From the human T2T-CHM13v2.0 reference genome, Homo sapiens, in NCBI RefSeq assembly GCF_009914755.1, contig NC_060926.1: a DNA stretch of 64,000 nucleotides. One strand, written 5' to 3'. The first letter of the stretch is position 1. Each line of letters begins with the position of its first letter. Below are positions 49,249-64,000 of the stretch, in pieces. The position numbers and the translations under genes were made by a program. The notes below the pieces were generated by a model. It made no database searches. It saw only the letters and a list, made by a program, of their open reading frames with translations, and was not told the origin of the DNA.

Positions 49249-49342
49249 GGCTGGGCATAGTGCAGTAGTGTTTATAACCAGTTACAGATTTCTTTTTTTC
49301 TTCTCCACTATCACTGTTTCAGTTGACTAGCCTTAAAAAAAA
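49249..49342 (+). pseudogene. Y RNA (hY3/RNY3-derived) retropseudogene with short A tail
   Basis: GGCTGGGCATAGTGCAGTAGTGTTTATAACCAGTTACAGATTTCTTT...CTTCTCCACTATCACTGTTTCAGTTGACTAGCCTT followed by A8. Aligns to recalled hY3 from 5' GGCTGG to 3' GACTAGCCTT. Confidence 0.88.
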
Positions 49343-50256
49343 GTACCTATTAAAATAAAATTTAGCAGGTTTTACTCCTCCCCATTAAAACAAGCAAATC
49401 TGACTTTAGAGAACTTATTTTTTTAAAAAGGGGGATTTTTTTTTCTAGGTGATTGAGTATCAAATGTTAGAAATATTGCTTTGTCAGCTGTTAATGAGGG
49501 GAAAAAGTAAGTGAAAACTATTTTTAGAAACCTCATTTATTAAGCATATTGCATGTGTGAGCACATATTCACAGGTCATAGATATTCTATGGCAGCTGTC
49601 GATGTGCTAACGGCAGCAGAGCAATTTCCCTAGTTGCAATTCTGTCCGTTATGAGAACATGTCAGATAATTGTTACCTTTTCTTTTTTTTTTTTGAGACA
49701 GGGTCTTGCTCTTTTGCCCAGGCTGGAGTTCAGTGGTGCAAATACAGCTCAGTGCACCCTAGACCTCCTGGGCTCAAGCAGTCCCCCAACCGCGAGTAGC
49801 TGGGACTATGCCCTGCTTATTTTATTTTTTTTAATTTTCAGTAGAGTTGAGATCTTGCTGTGTAGCCTGGTCTCAAACTCCTGGGCTCAAGCGATTCTTC
49901 TACCTCGGCCTCCCAAAGTGCTGAGATTACAGGTGTGAGCTGGGCACAATTGTTGTCTTTTCAGTGTTGTTATGTGTGCTAAAGTGATGTTAATTTTTTT
50001 TTTTTTTGCTTCACTAATCTACTTGAATAAAATATGTTAGAAAAAAAGAAAACCTTTATAAACACTTCCAGTAACCACGTTAGAGATTTGACAGGATAGT
50101 GTGGAAATACCACATGCTCTCAAAGAAAGCTTTCTAACCTACAGTGATCACCAGAAAAAGACATTTTTATAAGGGGTTTTTTTTTTTTTAATTTAAAGAG
50201 TATATAGTTGCAAAATGTTTAGCAAGCTGTTTTGACCAATGTGTTAGCACTTTTAG

Positions 50257-50517
<261 letters not shown>

Positions 50518-51458
50518 TAGCTTCTTATTTAATATATATGTGATATATTTGTTTTTGCATGTTGGCTTTTGGAGATGTCTTAATTTTTGTTTAGAAAATC
50601 AAATGATCTTACGACATTTTAAAGAAACATTGTGTGAGCCCTGACCAGTATTTGTAACTTGAATAATCTTCAAAATGCTCCTGTCAGATTTCTATTAGTT
50701 ATACGGATTTTTTTAGGCTAGTTAGGGTCATTTTGAAAGTGCTCGTAATAAATGCCTCTACCTACATAACCTCAGTTTTTCTCAGAGTCTAGACAAGCCT
50801 TATAAAAACAGACGTTAGTTTCCAAGCTCAGATCAAATGTAAGTGCTGTCAGACCTCAAGGTCCGTGGATCTGTCGATGTTTATTTTGCCCCTTGCTCTA
50901 TAGAAGGCTCCTTGTGTTTAAATTTTAACTAGTTTTTAGAGTAATTTCAATATAGATGAATTAGTTATATCCTGATATGAATGTGTATTATTTTTAGGTT
51001 CTTAAATGTAGTTAGTGGCTGCTCATAAAAATCTGAATATTATTTAGCCATTGGTTTGTGTGGTGGTGTCTTTGTCTGAACATCCCTTTTATAAAATTAC
51101 CTCATAATATCTATTTATAGGTTCAGAAACTGACTCTTAGTCTGAAGTTCTCATTGTACTCTTTTTTTTTCTTGAATAAGTAGAAACTACCTATAAAGTA
51201 TTGCATATTAGGATTTATTGCCTAACACAATTACTCCAACAGGCTAGCCTCTCAAGAAATGCCTATAAAGACAGCCTTATTTTATAAGTTACCTGACATT
51301 AGGATTGTAAAGTGGGTCTAAATGGTTTGAAAAAATATATATTCCTAACTGCCATGTAGTTTCTTAATACCAGTCTCACATTCTTAACTTTGTATTTCTC
51401 ATCACTGAGAAGGTGAGGTGGCCTTTGTTACATTTATTCTTTTTTTCTTTTTCAACAG

Positions 51459-51522
51459 GGGAAAGTGCAGTGTTGCCCTTCTGAATGAGACAGAATCAGT
51501 ATTGTCATATCTTGATAAGGAG
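51459..51522 (+). CDS. MTA3: MTA3 internal coding exon (exon 5, 64 nt, phase 2 to 0)
   Basis: Long polypyrimidine tract plus caacag| acceptor; donor GAG|GTAATT. Encodes (R)[21 protein letters not shown], in frame with the previous exon. Confidence 0.97.
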
Positions 51523-55394
<3,872 letters not shown>

Positions 55395-55512
55395 GATACC
55401 TTCTTCTACTCATTGGTCTATGACCCCTCATTGAAAACACTATTAGCTGACAAAGGTGAAATCAGAGTGGGACCTAGATATCAAGCAGACATTCCAGAAA
55501 TGCTGTTAGAAG
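55395..55512 (+). CDS. MTA3: MTA3 internal coding exon (exon 6, 118 nt, phase 0 to 1), end of BAH and start of ELM2
   Basis: ttttcag| acceptor; donor AAG|GTACGT. Encodes [39 protein letters not shown](G); EIRVG..YQA.I is the ELM2 start. Confidence 0.97.
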
Positions 55513-55807
55513 GTACGTTTTTCTGCGTGTTTGCAGTTTTGTGAAACAAATATATCTTGAAACTCAAATATACATGTCCTCATGTAGAAGAGGCAATGTT
55601 CAGGGCAAAGTCTAAAAGTTATAAGCACTTGCCATTTTACTGTTCTTTGTAAAAAATAAAAAATAAATAAATAAATAGAGATGAGGCCTCGCTATGTTGC
55701 CAAGGCTGGTCTTGATCTCCTGGCCTCAAACAATCCTCCCACCTCGGACTCCCAAAAGTGATGCTATTATAGGTGTGGCCTGGCCAGCACTTCCAATTTT
55801 AGAATTA

Positions 55808-58723
<2,916 letters not shown>

Positions 58724-59135
58724 TGAAGTCCTGACTTCAAGCGATCTGTCCACCTTGGCCTCCCAAAGTGCTGGGATTACAGGTGTGTGCCATCCCCCCA
58801 CCCCACCTGCCTCCCACCCCGCCTCCCACTGCCAGCAGTCTTGGAATGTTTTAACCAGAAACAAGGAATGCCTTTCCTTTCTTCAAGGCTACTTCTGGGT
58901 ATTTATTTTTACATTTTATAACTTGGTAGTTTTCTTTGTTAAGTATTCATCTCTAACAAAAACAACAGATTTATCGATTTTATTGAAAAATACTGTATTT
59001 TTCATCATAAATGTAGAAGCCATTTTGAACTCTTATTTCAGCCTGAAGCATTAAAGCATATGCAGAATGTTTCTTTTCACTTGTAATCAGGCAACTGAGT
59101 AGATGCAAGGTTTAAAGAACTCTTCTTTTTTTTGA

Positions 59136-59282
<147 letters not shown>

Positions 59283-60149
59283 TAACTTTTGTATTTTTAG
59301 CAGGGACAGGGTTTCGCCGTGTTGGCCAGGCTGGTCTTGAACTCCTGACCTCAGGTGATCCACCTGCCTTGGCCTCCCAAGGTGCTGGGATTACAGGCAT
59401 GAGCCTCTGCACCCAGCCACCCTTCTTTTTTCTAATGACTATTTTTTTAGGGGGGAAGGAGTGGGGATACCAGTAGGTATACCAGTAATTAACCACACTT
59501 GAAAAACATGGTCATTGCCATCACAGAAACTCCCATATGTAGCTAGTACCTGATTGCAGGGAAGTTAAATAGTAGGACATATCATATTCAAGAACAGATG
59601 TTTAGGATTTGCTGGAATCCATTCTTCCTAACCCTTTTAGTACTCCTGAGTGGGTACATTTCCACCAGTGGCCAGATTCTAATTTGCATTGGCATGGAAT
59701 GTAGAACTGGAATTAATATCTTGGGTAGGTGGCAGCAGCAGCACTCTGCCAGGATATGTTACAGGCTTGCTTTCTTTGTGAACATGTCTTGATGGATAGG
59801 ATACTGAGAGATTGTTGCAGCATTTGTCTTGCTAGGGAATAAATCTTTTTGTGGCTTTTCGATTTTTAAATTCATTTATGGCTACCCATCACCTAACAAA
59901 CTCTAGAGATCTGAAAAGAGTATGTAGTTTACAAATGAAAGTAAAGGCGTCTTTTAGATTTTACATCTTTCACTGAGTTTGAATAAACCACCTAGAAAAT
60001 TTTCCATAAAAGAGAAGTTTTGAGTCATTGTTTAAATGTATTATTATAACATTGGAATTTTAAGAAAAATTTGTTCTACATATTAAATTTAAATTTTAAC
60101 TGTTAAAGTATGTTATGAAAACCTTAAATTATTAAACGAAAATGACTCT

Positions 60150-60333
60150 AGGTTCACAAGTTTGGGTAATCCTGACTATACTATGTTTTAATTGAGTAAC
60201 CTTGGGGAAATGATTAACCCCTCCAAGTTCCTGTTTCTTTCTCTTTAAACAGGGAATGATAGTGTATGTAATACATTATATCGTTGCGATGAGCAAATGA
60301 GGTAATTCTTGTCATGCAGTTAGCACAGCGCCC
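60150..60333. mobile_element. MIR element
   Basis: ACCTTGGG.AA.T.A.TTAACC.CTC..CCTGTTTCTT..TAAA..GGGAATGATAGT core, ending TTAGCACAG.GCC. Confidence 0.65.
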
Positions 60334-61444
60334 AGCTGTTACAGTCTTCTCCCCCTGGCCTCTAGTACCACTCATTTAATAGCTGTTATCGGCCGGGTGT
60401 GGTGGCTCACTCCTGTAATCCCAGCACTTTGGGAGGCTGAGGCCGGCAGATCATTTGAGGTCAGGAGTTCGAGACCAGTTTGACCAACCACGGTGAAACC
60501 CCATCTCTACTAAAAAATACAAAAATTAGCCGAGTGTGGTGGCGGGTGCCTGTAATCTCAGCTACTCGGGAGGCTGAGGCAGGAGAATTGCTTGAACCCA
60601 GGAGGCAGAGGTTGCAGTGAGCAGAGGTTGCAGTGAGCCAAGATCGTACCACTGCACTCCAGCATGGGTGACAGAGTGTGACTCCCTCTCCAAAAAAAAA
60701 AAAGCTGTTATCACCAGTCACACTCTTTGAGTGTTAAAGAATTAAAATAGTATATCTTTTGTTATATTGTATGCACTTAAAACTTGTATTAACTCATGTT
60801 CTGTTGGCAAATAGGAAAATGTTAGTATAGAGTGAAAATTGTGTCAGTTCATATGTGGCTTTCCCCAGCAATAAGGGAAACAAGTGTTCTCACAGATAAG
60901 GAGAGTTTAAGAAAGAGCAAGTGGAAATTTTTACAAAAGTGCCTTCCTTTGATTTAAGCAGTGGCTGATTTTGTGGTCTGAAAATCTGAGGCACTTTCCA
61001 CTGTGTTACAACTATATGGGAAGCTTTGAGTTACAGATGAAGAGACTCTGAAGATATTTCCTTCAGTGTTTGGGGGAAAAATTACATTCTGCATTCGATT
61101 TTTAATTTATTTGAAGCTGTAAAAAGGGACCTACAGCTCAGTGGAAGAAGCATGAGTCCAGGGTTTAAGGAGATAAAAGATCAGCGGACCTTTATGCTTG
61201 GCGCAAATGGCAATAGAGATTTAACTGTTTTATTATGATTGTTACTTTTTTTTGGAATGCTCTGGTTACCAACTCTCCTAGGTTTTGAGAGTTTTATCCT
61301 ATTTTTTCATAAACTCTATTACCTTCAATTGGTAGTTTTGCAGAATATGAACTTCTTAACAATGTAGTGGATAGTCGTTAACTTAGAAACACTGACCCGT
61401 AAGAATTGTTTAAGCAGGTATTGATTGCCATCATATAAAATAGG

Positions 61445-61600
61445 AATTTTCAGCCATAGGGCAATTTTGTCCTCCAGGAGAATTAGACAATATGTAGACA
61501 TTTTAGTTGTCACGTCTGGTAGAGGGGGTAGAGGTGGGAAGGGGCACCTAGTGGAGAGAGAGGCCAGGTATGAAAAATTTATAGGAACATAGTAACTTTT
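61445..61600. mobile_element. MER20 fragment
   Basis: GGGCAATTTTG.CC.CCAG..AGACATTTT.GTTGTCAC..CTAGTGG..AGAGGCCAGG. Confidence 0.55.
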
Positions 61601-61606
61601 CAATAA

Positions 61607-61987
<381 letters not shown>

Positions 61988-62167
61988 TGAGCCACCGCAC
62001 CCTTGATTGTGTTTGTTTTTATGGTAGTACATACAACATTGTTTTGATTACTGTTGCCATATATTGTAATCTTATCCAGTTGAGTTAATCCTTTCCCTTA
62101 TTTTAGAACTATTTAATTTGTAGATATTCAAAACATTTTATATCTACTTCCAGAACTAATTCTTTTG

Positions 62168-62705
62168 TGGCCATGCATCACCTAATGACAGCAATACATT
62201 CTGATAAATGTGTCCTTAGGTGATTTCATTGCTGTGCCAACATCATAGAGCGTAATTCCACAAACCTAGATAGGTGCAGCTTACTAAACACCCAGGCTAT
62301 ATGGTATAGCCTATTGCTCCCAGGCTACAAACCTGTACAGCATGTTACTATACTGAATACTGTAGGGAATTATAACACAATAGTAAGTATTGTGTATCTA
62401 AACATATCTAAGTATAGAAAAGGTATTGTAAAAATACAGTAAAAAGATAATAAGTGGTGCACCCACTGTGTGGGGCACTTACTGTGAATGGAGCTTGCAG
62501 CACTGGAAGTTGCTTTGGGTGAGTCAGTGAGTGAGTGGTACGTGGATGTGAAGGACTAGGACATTACTGTAGACTTTATAAACACTGTACACTTAGGCTA
62601 TACTAATTTTATTTAAAAATTATCTTCAGTAATAAATTAGCTTGCTCAACTTTATTTATTTTTTTAACTTTTTGACTCTTCTATAAAAACACTTAAATAT
62701 AAACA
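62168..62705. mobile_element. Second Tigger3-family fragment
   Basis: Visibly homologous to 2551-3110 (CATCATAGAG..ACAAACCTAGAT, GTGAGTCAGTGAGTGAGTGG, ACACTGTACACTTAGGC). Confidence 0.8.
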
Positions 62706-62706
62706 C

Positions 62707-63782
62707 TGTGAGACTCAAAGAAGAGCCAGATGATGGAAGTTTTTAATACTGCCATCCTGAGGTTACCAAAAGAATAGGCAATTGGTGCTGGGCATGGTGG
62801 CTCATGCTTGTAATCCCAGTGCTTAGGAATTGGAAGGCTGAGGCTGGCGGATGACTTGAGGTCAGGAATTCGAGACCAGCCTGGCCAACATGGTGAAACT
62901 CCATCTCTACTAAAAATACAAAAAATTAGCTGGGCATGGTGGTGCGTGCCTGTAGGCCCAGCTATTTTGGGAGGCTGAGGCCGGAGAATCACATAAGCCC
63001 AGGAGATTGAAGCTGCAGTGAGCTGTGGTTGTCCGCCACTGTACTCCAGCCTGGGTGACAGAGCGAGACCTTGTCTCAAAAAAAAAAAAGAGGCTGGGCA
63101 TGGTGGCTCACTCGTAATCCCAGCACTTTGGGAGGCCGAGTTGGGTGGATCGCCTGAGGTCAGGAGTTCAAGACTAGCCTGGCCAACATGGTGAAACCCC
63201 GTCTCAACTAAAAATACAAAAAAATTAGCTGGTCATGGTGGTGGGCACCTGTAATCCCAGCTACTTCGGGAGGCTGAGGCAGGAGAATGACTTGAACCCG
63301 GGAGGTGGAAGTTGCAGTGAGCCAAGATCACGGCATTGCACTCCAGGGTGGGCAACAAGAAAAAAAAGAAAAAAAAGAGTAGGGTGAAGGGAGTTAGTGA
63401 CACAGGTTACAGGAGAGCAGGGTTAGCAAAGGTTGCATGGCTGCCTTGTTACGTGGATGAACCTTCGAGGTAATCTCCAAGCTGCCTTCAGAAAGGTGTA
63501 GCTTGGGATGAAGTGTCTATGTCAGATCTTTGGTCTCTTTTTCCTGTAAGTTAGTCTTTCTTAGATTCATTTAAAGGGGCCTCAGAGAAATCCTGTTTGC
63601 ATTTGCGGTTTACTTCACTAACGTAGATTTCCTCTACATATGCAGATCTCCCCCCATCCCCCCACGTAAAAGACAGCCTTTCAGGGCTGGGTAATCTTGT
63701 TGTGTTTATTGATCTCAGAATAGCCATCTGGAAATATACCGAAGAAGTATATTTTGAGGTGAAATATTCTGGTTTTACCTCA
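62707..63782 (-). mobile_element. MER4-group ERV1 LTR interrupted by two Alus
   Basis: AAAGACAGC..CAGGGC and GAAGTATATTTTG.GGTGAAATATT..CCTCA end; TG start at 62707 truncates the Tigger3 fragment. Confidence 0.5.
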
Positions 63783-64000
63783 CTTCTTGATTTTTATTTT
63801 AGAAGTAGAGAGTGGGTCTCCCTGTGTTGACCAGGCTGCTCTTAAACTCCTGGCCTCAAATGATCCTCCTACCTTGGCTTCCCAAAGTGCTGGGGTTACA
63901 GATGTGAGCCACTGCACCCTGGCCTTGCTTTTTTATTTACTCAAATCATCTGATCTTCTTTTGAAAATTTTGAAATTTCTTTATATAAAATCTCCAATTT

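Noticed and set aside
55513-55536. 24-nt GT...AG micro-intron after the last exon
   Set aside because: Far below the minimum spliceosomal intron length.
62168-62705. Similarity to 2551-3110 suggesting segmental duplication
   Set aside because: Both are diverged copies of a Tigger3-family repeat and their flanks are unrelated.

Overview
Human (hominid) genomic DNA from inside the MTA3 gene (metastasis-associated 1 family member 3, a NuRD subunit), transcribed on the + strand. Only three coding exons are present: 20707-20833, 51459-51522 and 55395-55512 (exons 4-6 by recalled numbering). They splice in frame to (K)[102 protein letters not shown](G), the C-terminal BAH domain and start of ELM2. 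The supplied ORF track misses all three; its entries are mostly Alu/SVA/Tigger-derived or chance frames. The rest is very repeat-dense intron: roughly 80-90 Alus (mostly antisense), two full-structure antisense SVAs with TSDs, solo LTRs (MLT2, MST, THE1, an ERVL LTR with TSD, MER31-like, MER4-group), DNA transposon relics (Tigger1, Tigger3, Charlie, MER20, MER94), L1/MIR fragments and a Y3 RNA pseudogene. I do not see a new gene system. The most interesting unexplained structures are: (1) a 54-bp unique segment copied across 31 kb between duplicated AluYs, suggesting an Alu-mediated templated insertion; (2) an SVA with a non-canonical (GGGGTA/GAGGTA)n hexamer that creates G4 runs and splice donors on the MTA3 sense strand; (3) a 309-nt phase-symmetric exon block that would form a stop-free circRNA; (4) a local ~180-bp duplication and a site hit serially by Alus. 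Repeat subfamily names and repeat boundaries are from recognition by eye and are approximate.
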